From: a bacterium
GTDB lineage: Bacteria > Patescibacteriota > Minisyncoccia > Phycocordibacterales > UBA9973
NCBI GenBank assembly: GCA_037143195.1
Contig: JBAWZD010000001.1
Span: 16,892 to 80,891 of the forward strand
Direction of reading: 5' to 3'
Length of the DNA stretch: 64,000 bases
In this document: piece after piece, positions 39,227-50,400 of the stretch
Position numbering within the stretch: position 1 is the stretch's first letter
Layout of the letters: each line of letters starts with the position of its first letter
The notes under the pieces: generated by a model
Database searches by the model: none
What the model was told of the DNA's origin: nothing
Seen by the model: the letters and a program-made list of their open reading frames with translations, nothing else
Made by a program: the position numbers and the translations under genes

Positions 39227-41254
39227 ATGTCAAAGAATATTTTTACTATTGAAAGTGATTGGGCGCCGTCAGGCGACCAACCAGAAGCAATCAAGGCTCT
39301 CGTCAAAGGGCTTGATTCTGGTATGCAAAAGCAGACTCTGCTTGGTGCGACTGGTACTGGAAAAACATTTTCGATTGCGAATGTTATTCAGCAACACAAC
39401 AAACCGACGCTCATTATTGCACACAACAAAACGCTCGCTGCACAGCTCGCGCAAGAATTTCGAGAATTTTTCCCAAATCACGCCGTACATTATTTCGTCT
39501 CGTACTACGACTTCTACCAGCCAGAAGCATATCTTCCGACGAGTGATACCTATATCGAAAAGGACGCACAGATCAACAAAGAAATTGATCGTCTTCGTCA
39601 CGCGACGACGCAGTCACTCCTCCTTCGCAAAGATGTCATTATCGTCGCCTCCGTCTCGTGTATTTACGGTCTCGGAAGTCCAGCTGAATATCAGAAGGTA
39701 AATATGAAATTGTCAGTCGGTGATACGATTGATCGCACTGCGCTCATGCGCCGACTTATCGAAGTGCATTTCACGCGCACGAATGCCGATCTTGAACCAG
39801 GTACGTTCCGTTCAGTCGGAAACAAAATCGATATCATGCCGATTTCAGAAACAATGATGTATCAGATTTCTGTTGGTGCTCGCGGTATTGAACGCATCAC
39901 CAAGATTGATCCTGTCTCATCGAAGTCGCTTGGTGATCAAGAGCATTTGTTTGTGTTCCCAGCGAAACATTTCATTACAAACGACGAGAGCAAGACCCGC
40001 GCAGTCAAAAGTATCAAAGCGGAGCTCGCTGCTCAGCTCAAGAAATTTGAAAAGGAAGGAAAGCTTCTCGAAGCAGAACGATTGAAGCGTCGCACGACAT
40101 ACGACCTCGCCATGATTGACGAGATGGGCTACTGTAATGGAATCGAAAACTATTCTCGACATCTTTCTGGCAAGAAGGCAGGTGAACCACCAGAAACATT
40201 GCTCTCATATTTCCCTCACAAAGCTGACGGCTCGCCTGATTTTTTGACGATCATCGACGAATCACACGTGACGCTTCCTCAGATTGGAGGTATGTACGCA
40301 GGCGATCAAGCACGCAAGAAAAATCTCGTGGAATTTGGATTTCGTTTGCCGAGTGCGTGCGACAACAGACCACTTACGTTTCCAGAATTTGAACAACGCA
40401 TCGGTCAGGTCATTTTCGTTTCGGCAACTCCAGCCGATCGCGAAAAAGAAATGAGTGAACAAATCGTTCAGCAGATTATTCGTCCGACCGGTCTCGTCGA
40501 TCCAGAAGTCATTGTTCGTCCAATTTTGGAAAAGGGGAATTACCCTGGGCAAATTCAAGATTTCATTCGTGAGACCGAGCTTACTGTGAAGAAAGGTGAT
40601 CGCGTCCTTGCCACAACACTCACCAAGAAAATGGCCGAAGACCTCGCCACGTACCTCAAGGACAAAAAAATAAAAGCAGAATATTTGCATAGTGAAATCA
40701 AGACGATTGATCGTATTCGCATTCTTACGCAATTTCGCAAAGGTGAATTCGACGTGCTTGTCGGAGTGAACTTGCTTCGAGAAGGTCTCGACCTTCCGGA
40801 AGTTTCATTTATTGGAATTCTCGACGCGGACAAAGAAGGATTCCTTCGCTCCGAAACATCACTCATTCAGACGATCGGTCGTGCAGCGCGTAACGTCGAT
40901 GGTCACGTCATACTCTATGCTGACGTGATGACTGGCTCACTTGAGAAAGCGATTGGGGAGACGAATCGTCGTCGCGCAATTCAAGTCGCATACAATACAA
41001 AACATGGCATTACGCCGATGACTATCAAGAAAGCCATTCGTGATATCGCGCAAGAGCTCGAAAGTGAACACGAAAAAGCGCTTGGCGAAGAATTGTCGAT
41101 CGATATGGCAATGATTGGTGCAAAGGGTCCAAAAGCCTACGCGAAACTCATTAAAATCAAAGAAAAAGAAATGAGTGCAGCGGTCAAAGACCTCGATTTT
41201 GAGACCGCAGCTATCTTGCGAGACGAGATTCAGGCACTCCGCTTGAGGGGCTAG
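39227..41254 (+). CDS. uvrB: Excinuclease ABC subunit B
   Basis: GDQP, GATGTGKT, YYDFYQPEAY, DESH, NLLREGLD, C-terminal UVR domain. Confidence 0.98.
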   Translation: MSKNIFTIESDWAPSGDQPEAIKALVKGLDSGMQKQTLLGATGTGKTFSIANVIQQHNKPTLIIAHNKTLAAQLAQEFREFFPNHAVHYFVSYYDFYQPEAYLPTSDTYIEKDAQINKEIDRLRHATTQSLLLRKDVIIVASVSCIYGLGSPAEYQKVNMKLSVGDTIDRTALMRRLIEVHFTRTNADLEPGTFRSVGNKIDIMPISETMMYQISVGARGIERITKIDPVSSKSLGDQEHLFVFPAKHFITNDESKTRAVKSIKAELAAQLKKFEKEGKLLEAERLKRRTTYDLAMIDEMGYCNGIENYSRHLSGKKAGEPPETLLSYFPHKADGSPDFLTIIDESHVTLPQIGGMYAGDQARKKNLVEFGFRLPSACDNRPLTFPEFEQRIGQVIFVSATPADREKEMSEQIVQQIIRPTGLVDPEVIVRPILEKGNYPGQIQDFIRETELTVKKGDRVLATTLTKKMAEDLATYLKDKKIKAEYLHSEIKTIDRIRILTQFRKGEFDVLVGVNLLREGLDLPEVSFIGILDADKEGFLRSETSLIQTIGRAARNVDGHVILYADVMTGSLEKAIGETNRRRAIQVAYNTKHGITPMTIKKAIRDIAQELESEHEKALGEELSIDMAMIGAKGPKAYAKLIKIKEKEMSAAVKDLDFETAAILRDEIQALRLRG

Positions 41255-41311
41255 CGCATAATCAAAAAGTAATGTATAGTGCGAATATAATAATTAAGTC
41301 AGAAATTCAGT

Positions 41312-41806
41312 ATGAAAACAATGGATAAGAAATGGTGGTGGGTTATCGGTGGGGCGGTCGTGCTCGTCATCGTGATAATCGGCGCGCTTCGCTTGAGTCA
41401 CAAAGCAGAGGCTCCTGTCGCCGAACCGTCAACACATGACCTTGAAACATCAGTGCTTCAATCAACCGAGGATTTTAGTCGTGGCAGTGTGCACCAGGCT
41501 CCTGCTCCGACCGTACCAGCACTTACGTATACTGAAGCACTCACGAAGTATGCGGATGCTCGTCTTGAATTCGATGCTGAATGTCAGGTTCGACCCGTCA
41601 ATCAAACATGGAAGAATAACACTGAGCTCATGCTCGACAATCGTTCGAACCAGAATCGTTTGATTCACATGGATGTGCTTGGAGATGTTACTATCAAACC
41701 ATGGGGCTTTAAAATCGTGAAGTTTTCAAGTCCTACAACTCCAGATACAATAATGGTTGATTGCGGAAATTTGCAGAACGTTACATCGGTGCTCCTCCAA
41801 AAATAA
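41312..41806 (+). CDS. Hypothetical membrane-anchored small beta-domain protein
   Basis: N-terminal TM (WWWVIGGAVVLVIVII), two Cys. Confidence 0.75.
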   Translation: MKTMDKKWWWVIGGAVVLVIVIIGALRLSHKAEAPVAEPSTHDLETSVLQSTEDFSRGSVHQAPAPTVPALTYTEALTKYADARLEFDAECQVRPVNQTWKNNTELMLDNRSNQNRLIHMDVLGDVTIKPWGFKIVKFSSPTTPDTIMVDCGNLQNVTSVLLQK

Positions 41807-44407
41807 TTGAAAGATAAAGAACATCAAAACTGGATACGTGTGCGTGGCGCAAAAACGCACAATCTCAAAAATGTCGATGTCGATATGCCTCGAGACAAGA
41901 TGGTCGCTGTGACCGGAATGTCTGGATCAGGAAAGTCGTCGCTCGCATTTGATACGATATTTGCAGAGGGTCAACGTCGATACGTTGAGTCTCTGTCTTC
42001 GTATGCCCGACAGTTTTTGCAACAGATGCCGAAGCCTGAGGTGGAAGAAATTACCGGACTTTCTCCTGCGATTTCGATCGATCAAAAATCTCGCTCAAAC
42101 AATCCACGTTCGACTGTCGCGACGATCACGGAAATCTACGATTATCTCCGCGTGCTCTACGCACGTATCGGTCGACCATTTTCTCCAATCTCTGGACTTG
42201 AAGTAAAGAAACTTTCAAACCAAGAAATTTCTGATTTCGTTTTGAAAAAAGTAAAAGATGTTCTCAAGAATTCGAAAGGAAAAGAAAAGACGGTGATGGG
42301 TGTTTCGTGGGTTGATGCACCGATTTCAATTTACGCACCACTGGTGCGTGGACGAAAAGGTGAGTACTATCAATTGCTCTACGACATGCTTTCGAAGGGA
42401 TATGAAAAAGCACGCATCGATGGCGCTGAACACAATCTTCGTGATCGTATCGAGCTTTCAAAAAACGCAAAGCACGAGATTGATATTCTTGTGGATTCAT
42501 TTGCGGTGCACGAATTTACCGACAGACCAGCTGACATGGAAATGCGCTTGGCTGAGGCGATTGAACGCGCGATTCTTGAGAGTGACGGCCTCATTCGTAT
42601 CGTAACTCCTGAAGAAGATTCATTACTCTCGGCGAAGCTCGTGTGTCCAGAAGACGGCTACGTCTTCCCAGAAATTGAACCACGATTGTTCTCATTCAAC
42701 TCACCGTATGGAGCATGTCCTTCATGTAACGGTCTTGGAACAAAGCATTTTCTCGGTGGTGAACCATGTCCTGATTGTAAGGGAGCGCGTCTGCGCGAAG
42801 AAGCGCTCAACGTTTTTCTTGGTGGAAAGGAGCACGGAAAAAACATTGTTGATTTCACCACAATGACAGTGCGTGATGCGCACGAATTTTTGAAGACACT
42901 CAAGCTCACACCAAAAGAAAAAGAAATCGCTGCTGCAATCCTGAAAGAGATTGGAGACCGTGTGCAATTCATGCTCAACGTCGGCCTCGACTATCTCGGA
43001 CTTGATCGCCGTGCGAATACACTCAGTGGTGGAGAATCACAGCGTATTCGTCTCGCATCCCAACTCGGCTCACGCCTCGTCGGTGCCATGTACGTGCTCG
43101 ACGAACCGACCATCGGTCTGCATCAGCGCGACAACGACAAACTCATCGCAACACTTCTTGAACTTCGTGATCTTGGAAACACAATCATCGTCGTTGAACA
43201 TGATGAGGATACCATTTATGCGTCTGACTATATCGTTGATATTGGTCCAGCTGCCGGAGTTCATGGTGGAAATATTATAGAAAGTGGCTGGCTCGATACG
43301 TTGCTCACTGCAAAGACCAATCCGTCTGGCAGTCGTACACTCGCATATTTGCGCGGGGAAGCAAAAATTCCTGTACCAGAAAAACGTCGCGAAGCAGACA
43401 AAGGCAAACTCCAGATCGTTGGCGCAAAAATTCACAATATCGACAACATAAACGTAGACATTCCACTCGGTCGTCTCGTCTGTATCACTGGGGTGTCGGG
43501 AGCAGGAAAGTCGTCATTCATGGACGATGTCCTTGCGGCAAATCTTTCCGCGCAATTCGACAAAAAATATCGCTCAAACAATATTTACAATTGCTCGAAA
43601 TTCCTCGGCCGTGAATATCTCACTCGTGCAATTTTGATTGATCAGAGCCCAATCGGACGTACGCCTCGCTCAAACATTGCGACCTACACTGGCGCATGGA
43701 GTCATATCCGCGACATGTTTGCTGAGACAGAAGAAGCACGACTGCGTGGCTGGAAGGCAAATCGATTTTCATTCAATGTGAAAGGCGGACGCTGTGAAGC
43801 CTGTGAAGGTCGCGGTGTCATAGCGGTTGAAATGCATTTTTTGCCGACTGTCTACGTCACCTGTGATGTCTGTAATGGCAAACGCTTCGACAAAGAAACA
43901 CTCAAAATTAAATTTAAAAAGAAGAATGTATTCGAGGTGCTCGAAATGACTGTCGAAGAAGCGAATGTATTCTTCCGTGATATTCCAGCAATCAGTGACC
44001 GCTTGCAGACGTTGCTCGACGTTGGACTCGGCTATATCAAAATCGGACAAAACGCGACGACGCTCTCTGGCGGAGAAGCTCAGCGTGTCAAAATCGCAAG
44101 TGAACTGTATCGTCCGTTTATTCACAAGGCGATGTATTTGCTCGATGAACCAACGGTTGGATTGCATTATGACGACGTTGCGAATCTCGTTGATGTGTTG
44201 CAGAAACTCGTCGACCGAGGCAACACTGTTGTCGTTATCGAACACAACCTCGATCTTATCAAGTGTGCCGATCACCTCATCGACTTCGGACCAGAAGGAG
44301 GGGACAAAGGTGGAAAAATCGTTGCCAAAGGAACGCCAGAAGAAGTGGCGAATAACGCAAAATCACACACTGGGTACTATCTCAAAAAAGTACTGAAGAA
44401 AAAATAG
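41807..44407 (+). CDS. uvrA: Excinuclease ABC subunit A (compact, TTG start)
   Basis: [21 protein letters not shown], two LSGGE signatures, FSFN..GGRCE.C. Confidence 0.97.
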   Translation: MKDKEHQNWIRVRGAKTHNLKNVDVDMPRDKMVAVTGMSGSGKSSLAFDTIFAEGQRRYVESLSSYARQFLQQMPKPEVEEITGLSPAISIDQKSRSNNPRSTVATITEIYDYLRVLYARIGRPFSPISGLEVKKLSNQEISDFVLKKVKDVLKNSKGKEKTVMGVSWVDAPISIYAPLVRGRKGEYYQLLYDMLSKGYEKARIDGAEHNLRDRIELSKNAKHEIDILVDSFAVHEFTDRPADMEMRLAEAIERAILESDGLIRIVTPEEDSLLSAKLVCPEDGYVFPEIEPRLFSFNSPYGACPSCNGLGTKHFLGGEPCPDCKGARLREEALNVFLGGKEHGKNIVDFTTMTVRDAHEFLKTLKLTPKEKEIAAAILKEIGDRVQFMLNVGLDYLGLDRRANTLSGGESQRIRLASQLGSRLVGAMYVLDEPTIGLHQRDNDKLIATLLELRDLGNTIIVVEHDEDTIYASDYIVDIGPAAGVHGGNIIESGWLDTLLTAKTNPSGSRTLAYLRGEAKIPVPEKRREADKGKLQIVGAKIHNIDNINVDIPLGRLVCITGVSGAGKSSFMDDVLAANLSAQFDKKYRSNNIYNCSKFLGREYLTRAILIDQSPIGRTPRSNIATYTGAWSHIRDMFAETEEARLRGWKANRFSFNVKGGRCEACEGRGVIAVEMHFLPTVYVTCDVCNGKRFDKETLKIKFKKKNVFEVLEMTVEEANVFFRDIPAISDRLQTLLDVGLGYIKIGQNATTLSGGEAQRVKIASELYRPFIHKAMYLLDEPTVGLHYDDVANLVDVLQKLVDRGNTVVVIEHNLDLIKCADHLIDFGPEGGDKGGKIVAKGTPEEVANNAKSHTGYYLKKVLKKK

Positions 44408-44448
44408 AAATTGTTCCTCCTTGCGAGTGGGAGTGGTAGGATATACTT

Positions 44449-45678
44449 ATGAAAATATCTGATGTCATCAAAGCAAAATTGCCCGATACACCAGGCGTGT
44501 ATTTTTTTCGCTTGGGTGATGAAATTCTCTATATCGGCAAGGCAACATCGCTCCGTGATCGCACGAAGAGCTATTTTGCCAAGGACCTGATTGCGACCCG
44601 TGGACCGCTCATTGTGGACATGGTATTTAAGGCTGATAACATCACATTCGAAGAAACAGACTCGGTGCTCGAAGCACTCATTCTTGAAGCAAATTTAATC
44701 AAGAAATATCAACCGTACTACAATACAAAAGAAAAGGATGACAAAAGCTGGAACTATGTGTGTATCACCAAAGGTGATTGTCCGATGGTGCTTGTCGAGC
44801 GTGGAAAGAATATCAATTTTGAAACGGGTACAACACTCAACGGAGTTGCGCTGAGCGATTGGTATGGACCATTCACGAGTGGCACCCAACTCAAAGAGGC
44901 GCTCAAAATTATCCGTCGCATTTTCCCGTTCGTTGATGCGTCGAGCGCGAAGCGCGACAATTATGAATTCTATCGCCAGCTCGGACTCACGCCTGATGTA
45001 TCGGGTGAAGAAAAACTCACGGCGTACAAACGAAGTGTGCGTAACCTGAAGCTCTTTTTTGAAGGCAAGAAAAAAACAATCGTGAGCGAGCTTGAGCGAG
45101 ACATGAAACTCGCTGCAAAGGAAGAGCGATTTGAAGATGCGTCACATATCCGCAATCAACTCTTTGCCCTCGGACATATCAATGACATTGCGCTCTTGAA
45201 AGGCGACCCAAGTGTCCGAAAGGAAAAAGCTGGTTTTCGTATCGAAGCGTATGACGTTGCGCACATGAGTGGCAAGAATATGGTTGGCGTGATGACGGTG
45301 ATGGAAGATGGTGAAGTAAACAAAAAAGAATATCGCACCTTTACTGTGCGAGGATTCACGAAAGCAAACGATACCGGTGCTCTCGAAGAAATCCTCTCGC
45401 GCCGACTTCGTCATACTGAATGGGGAATGCCAGATCTCGTCGTCGCTGACGGAGGTGAAGCACAGCTTCGCGTCGCACGCCAAGTGCTCGATCGCTACCA
45501 AATGAAAGTCCCTGTTGTGTCTGTGGTGAAAGATGATCACCATAAGCCAAAGGATTTTCTGGGTGACATGGACATGGTTGCGAAGCACAAAAAAGAAATT
45601 CTCTTGATGAATTCAGAGGCGCATCGTTTTTCAATTCGTCTGCACAAAAATAAGCGAGACAAGAATTTTTTGCCATAA
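44449..45678 (+). CDS. uvrC: UvrC-family excinuclease, truncated (GIY-YIG, UVR, RNase H-like; no HhH)
   Basis: PGVY..YIGKA, ERFEDA.IRNQ, RIEAYDVAH, PDL..DGG..Q, EAHRF. Confidence 0.88.
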   Translation: MKISDVIKAKLPDTPGVYFFRLGDEILYIGKATSLRDRTKSYFAKDLIATRGPLIVDMVFKADNITFEETDSVLEALILEANLIKKYQPYYNTKEKDDKSWNYVCITKGDCPMVLVERGKNINFETGTTLNGVALSDWYGPFTSGTQLKEALKIIRRIFPFVDASSAKRDNYEFYRQLGLTPDVSGEEKLTAYKRSVRNLKLFFEGKKKTIVSELERDMKLAAKEERFEDASHIRNQLFALGHINDIALLKGDPSVRKEKAGFRIEAYDVAHMSGKNMVGVMTVMEDGEVNKKEYRTFTVRGFTKANDTGALEEILSRRLRHTEWGMPDLVVADGGEAQLRVARQVLDRYQMKVPVVSVVKDDHHKPKDFLGDMDMVAKHKKEILLMNSEAHRFSIRLHKNKRDKNFLP

Positions 45679-45695
45679 TACGATATACTGAGACT

Positions 45696-46628
45696 ATGAT
45701 TCGCGTTGGAGTACTTCGTGGGGGAGCTGGAACCGATTACGAGCAATCGCTCGCAAGTGGAGCATACGTACTCAAACATCTTCCGCATGATCGGTACGAG
45801 GTTTATGATGTGTATATTGATACTGAAGGTGTTTGGCATCTTGGGGGCACTCCTGTCTCCGAAGAAAAACTTCGTCATCGCATCGACGTTATTTGGAACA
45901 CCTTGTCGGGATACTTTGGGGCAGATGGAAAGTTGCAACAACTGCTTGAAAAACTTGGAATACAATATACGGGCAGTGACCCGCTTACTTCAGCGATCGT
46001 AGCCAATCGCAAATTGCAAAAAGATCGACTTGCAACCCTCGGCATCGTAACTCCACGTGGGCTATTTGTAGATTCATGGGGCGACGGAGTGTACGACGCA
46101 AAGGATGTTGATACAGTCGTTGCGACTGTATCAAAAAAGTTTTCTCCACCGTGGATTGTTACGCCAACATCTCGTGTTGGTGGAAGCGATTTTGTTATTG
46201 CAAAAACACGAATCGAGCTTGCGCACATACTCCAAACAATGTGTCAGAACAAAACTCCCGTCCTCATTGAGGAAGCCGTGATTGGTCAGGAAGTACGAGT
46301 CGTTGCTTCGAGTGGGTTTCGCGGACAAAAAACGTACACATTTTTGCCAGTAGAAAAAAACAGGGGCGCACACAAAAAATTGAAACGAGAAGAACGTGAT
46401 ATCGTGCAACGTGTCGCGCGAAGTGTGCATGAAGGATTGGAGCTCGGTTCGTACTCATGCATTCATGCCGTTGTCTCTCCCAAGGGACGCGTATACGTGA
46501 CTGGAGTAGATACGGTACTTGCCGTCCATCCTGAATCAGATTTTCACGAGGCACTCACCTCTGTTGGCTCATCGTTTCGTGAATTTTCTGAGCACGTACT
46601 TTCGCATGCACGTGCACGAAAAATATAA
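45696..46628 (+). CDS. D-Ala-D-Ala ligase-like ATP-grasp protein with degenerate catalytic motifs
   Basis: RVGVLRGG, DG.LQ.LLE.LGI.YTGS scaffold; key residues substituted. Confidence 0.75.
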   Translation: MIRVGVLRGGAGTDYEQSLASGAYVLKHLPHDRYEVYDVYIDTEGVWHLGGTPVSEEKLRHRIDVIWNTLSGYFGADGKLQQLLEKLGIQYTGSDPLTSAIVANRKLQKDRLATLGIVTPRGLFVDSWGDGVYDAKDVDTVVATVSKKFSPPWIVTPTSRVGGSDFVIAKTRIELAHILQTMCQNKTPVLIEEAVIGQEVRVVASSGFRGQKTYTFLPVEKNRGAHKKLKREERDIVQRVARSVHEGLELGSYSCIHAVVSPKGRVYVTGVDTVLAVHPESDFHEALTSVGSSFREFSEHVLSHARARKI

Positions 46629-46707
46629 GTATCTTTTCCACACACGAGTCGAGATTTTTACTGAGGAGGAGTATACTTATCGTACTAGTAGTTAATGAGC
46701 AGTATTT

Positions 46708-47175
46708 ATGAAAAACAAACAAGCTGGTTTTACCTTGATTGAACTTTTGGTCGTCATCGCGATTATCGGTATTCTTGCGACTATCGTGCTTACATCGCTT
46801 GGAAGTGCTCGTGTAAAAGCAAATGATGCGAAAGTTCAAGCACAACTTTCTTCGATGCGTGCGCAAGGAGAAATGTTTTTTGGCGATAATTCTAATTATG
46901 GTAGTTCACAATCTTCATATGGAGATTGTCATACAGGGGAGTTATTTCTTAGTGGATCGAATACACTCTTTTCGCTTATTACTGCGATTCCATCAACATA
47001 CACGGTAGCTTGTTATGAAGATCCGTATGGTTCAGGAAGTGCCAGTGTTTGGGCTGTTACGGCTTCGAATGGTCTTACCGTGGGGGGTGCTTCGTGGTGC
47101 GCAGATAGTACCGGTCAGTTTAAGAATTACTCAGGATCAACTCCTGTGACTCCAGTGCTTGCAGTTTGTCAGTAG
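46708..47175 (+). CDS. Type IV pilin-like protein
   Basis: KQAG|FTLIELLVVIAIIGILATIV class III signal; C-terminal WCADS..C. Confidence 0.92.
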   Translation: MKNKQAGFTLIELLVVIAIIGILATIVLTSLGSARVKANDAKVQAQLSSMRAQGEMFFGDNSNYGSSQSSYGDCHTGELFLSGSNTLFSLITAIPSTYTVACYEDPYGSGSASVWAVTASNGLTVGGASWCADSTGQFKNYSGSTPVTPVLAVCQ

Positions 47176-47192
47176 CCAAATTTGTAAAGGTT

Positions 47193-47228
47193 GCAACAAA
47201 AAAACGCCGAATGGCGTTTTTTTGTTGC
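47193..47228. terminator. Bidirectional intrinsic terminator
   Basis: GCAACAAAAAAACGCC-GAAT-GGCGTTTTTTTGTTGC. Confidence 0.85.
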
Positions 47229-47259
47229 GTGTCTTTGTCTCGCGAGAATCGAACAGGTG

Positions 47260-47332
47260 TGGACCCTAGGAGATTCGAACTCCTGACCTCCTCTTTGCAA
47301 AAGAGGCGCTCTACCAACTAAGCTAAGGGCCC
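47260..47332 (-). tRNA. tRNA-Ala(TGC), CCA not encoded
   Basis: Reverse complement GGGCCCTTAGCTTAGTTGGTAGAGCGCCTCTTTTGCAAAGAGGAGGTCAGGAGTTCGAATCTCCTAGGGTCCA; G3:U70 pair. Confidence 0.96.
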
Positions 47333-47350
47333 AAAAAAAATAACTTCGGT

Positions 47351-47379
47351 ATTGTAGCTTAAATGTATCTTTTTCGCAA
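47351..47379 (-). promoter_or_regulatory. Putative promoter of tRNA-Ala
   Basis: Minus strand TTGCGA-17 nt-TACAAT. Confidence 0.65.
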
Positions 47380-47467
47380 GAATGGACAATTTTAATCAGG
47401 ATATTTTAGAGCAGGAAATTCACTCATTTTCCTTTCTGTATATGAATTTTTCTGATAAAATACACCT

Positions 47468-50400
47468 ATGGACTGGCTTTCTGATTTTGCTAGCCGTATC
47501 CAAGAGAAACTCGATAAATATACGCGCGAGTTTTTTGTCGTGACTACTCATTTTTTGAATCGAATTACGAAGCGTTTAGGCAGTTCTTTTACGTTTACAA
47601 AAGAAAAAACACGCATATCGGTGATTGGACTTGTTGTAGTACTTGTCACTTCGTCTATCATTTTTGCTCCACATAGTTCTGCGACGGTTTCTGATTTTTA
47701 TCCAGGTACTTGTTCTGGTGGGTGGCTCAATCCTCAGAATGCCACTGGTTTACCGTCACTCGATGGGGTGCAGCCTGCGAATAGCTATACAGAAAAAAAT
47801 TCTGCTGTGCTTAATAATTCACATTCTGATATCGTTTGTAATAACTTTGCCGGAAATATTCCAAGTGGAACAAATCCAAAAACATTTACGGTTAAATTCC
47901 ATTGGTCGATTGACGACGGATCTGTTGCACATGATGGGGTGTCTACTCCCACACCAGCTACGACAACAGATGTTATTTCTGCACCAGCTACGACGTCTCA
48001 ATCACCAAGCGACACCACCACAGCTACACAAACTCCAACCGATACAAAAACTACAACTGACACAACAATCCCTGCATCAACAATCACGACACCAACACCA
48101 ACACCAACTTCAGACACGACAACGACTCCACCAGCTACACCAGTAATCACACCTGATGCAACTCCGGTAGTTCCAGCAACTCCGGTACTTACTGCGCCAA
48201 CTACTTCGTCCGATACTCAGCCCGCAGCAGACACGACAATTCCAACAACAACGCCTGCGGCTACTACTGCAACAACCGATCAACCAAAGACAGTAGCGTC
48301 TGCATTCAAAAAAACACTTGCAACTCTCGATGCGCTTGTAACGGACGCGTTGAGTGCTGGTGACACAACAATGTTTCATTCTCCAAGTGATATGTTTGTC
48401 GTTCGCTATTCCGTAGACGGAACTAACTGGAACGATATTGGCACAGTCAATGCTGCAAATTGGCAGACTGCTACGTTTACGATATCTGGGCCAGACATCG
48501 CAGGATGGAGTGATCTTTCAAAATTACATGTTGGACTTTTTAGTCTTTCTCCTGATGGAACACAGCCTGTTGTGTATATCGATGCTGTTGAAGTCGATGT
48601 TGATTATGCTGATGCGAGCACTTCAGTTATCGTTCCGACAGTGAAAGTCGTCGACCCGTCTATCTCAATCGTTGCTCCGCAAAAAGATAATTTTACTTTG
48701 GATGAGGCACCGGTGTTTTCTATCACTAACCCAAATCTTTCAACTGCTCAAATTTTACACCTTGTTCAAAATGACAAAGCCGTCGTTGTTGACGACCACT
48801 TGGGTGTTTTTTCTGAGACAGCACCCAAAACGATACCAACGCAACCTCCGACGAGTCAGACAGATACAGGCCCGACAAGTTCGACTTTGACAGCACCAGC
48901 GCAATCTCCAAGCGACACCACCACAGCTACACAAACTCCAACCGATACAAAAGCTACGGCTGATACAAAAGTTCCCACTGATACAAAAACTACAACTGAC
49001 ACAACAATCCCTGCATCAACAATCACGACACCAGAACCAACACCAACACCAACACCAACTTCAGACACGACAACGACTCCACCAGCTACACCAGTAATCA
49101 CACCTGATGCAACTCCGGTAGTTCCAGCAACTCCGGTACTTACTGCGCCAAGTGAAACAACATCAGCTCAAACTGTAACGCCAGCACCAGTATCGGCGCC
49201 TGTTCAACCAGTTTCAGATTTGAATAGCGCGATTTCGACGAGTACGGCAGATTCTTCAAACCTCGGCGCGTTTGCTGTTGGTGCGCTTGGATCGGATATC
49301 ACTGGCGTCCAAGCGTTTCAGAAAGTTGATTTCAAGCACCTATTTGCGAACACCGTTCTGCGCTATTACAGCATGATGCGACAGGTATTTCGTATGTCGT
49401 TTGCAAACGCATTGCTTGCGCTTGCGGGGGACACGGCATCATCACCAATCGATGCTGTGGTGCTCGATGCTTCAGGCAATCAAACGACGATTGCAGTTAC
49501 AGTACAACATGTGGTCGTGAATGGTGTTGGTCAAGATCAAGTTGTCGTCAGTAAGCCTGACAATATGTTTCGTCCTGGAAAATATACGCTTCAAGTTACA
49601 TTACATACTCCCGACGTGAATATCATTTCCGAACAAGATTTTTCATGGGGCGTACTTGCAATCAACGTTGATCGTTCCGTCTATCACGCAGGAGACACCG
49701 CGTATGTACAGATGGGTGTGATTGACGACTTTGGGCATACAATCTGTGATGCCGACATGACGCTCGTTATTACGAGTCCATTTGGTGTTGATCAGACATA
49801 CACGACGAGTGATGGGACTGTCGTACGCGAACCGCAATGTGGACCGGACAATTATATTCATGTCCCTGATTACTATGCACATCCCCATATTGGGAGCGAG
49901 GAAGGTGTGTATCATATGACACTCACGGCGAATACGCGAAATGGTATTCGTACGGTACACGATGCGTTTACGGTCAGCTCTGATATTCCATTTGATGTTG
50001 TGCGTAGTGGTCCGACTCGTGTGTATCCGGCCGATAAGTATCCGGCAGAAATGCAGATTACTTCGCCTGTCGATTGGCAGGGAACAATCGTTGATACGCT
50101 ACCGAGTTCTTTTGAGGTGAGTGCGCTCGATGGAGTGGCTCTGTATGATACTGTGACGACGACTGGTGATACAACGACGGTGACATGGAATGTTTCGCTC
50201 GTCGCAGGCAAAACAACAACTATCGGATATTCATTCTTGCCGCCACCAATCAGTCCAGAATTTTATTTGCTCGGACCGCTCACTTTTTATAATAAAGGTG
50301 ATGACAGTACGACTGCCATTCCGGTCTTTAAAGAAATGCGTCGTTGGCAAATCGCAGACGATTCTTCATGTACATATATCGGTCCAGCGATTGGATTTTG

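Noticed and set aside
46708-47175. Type IV pilin as part of the downstream fibre locus
   Set aside because: It is separated by a terminator and an opposite-strand tRNA, and it uses a different (prepilin peptidase) assembly pathway.
47999-49151. Possible CRISPR array
   Set aside because: The repeats are in-frame coding Pro/Thr linkers; there is no repeat-spacer periodicity and no cas gene.
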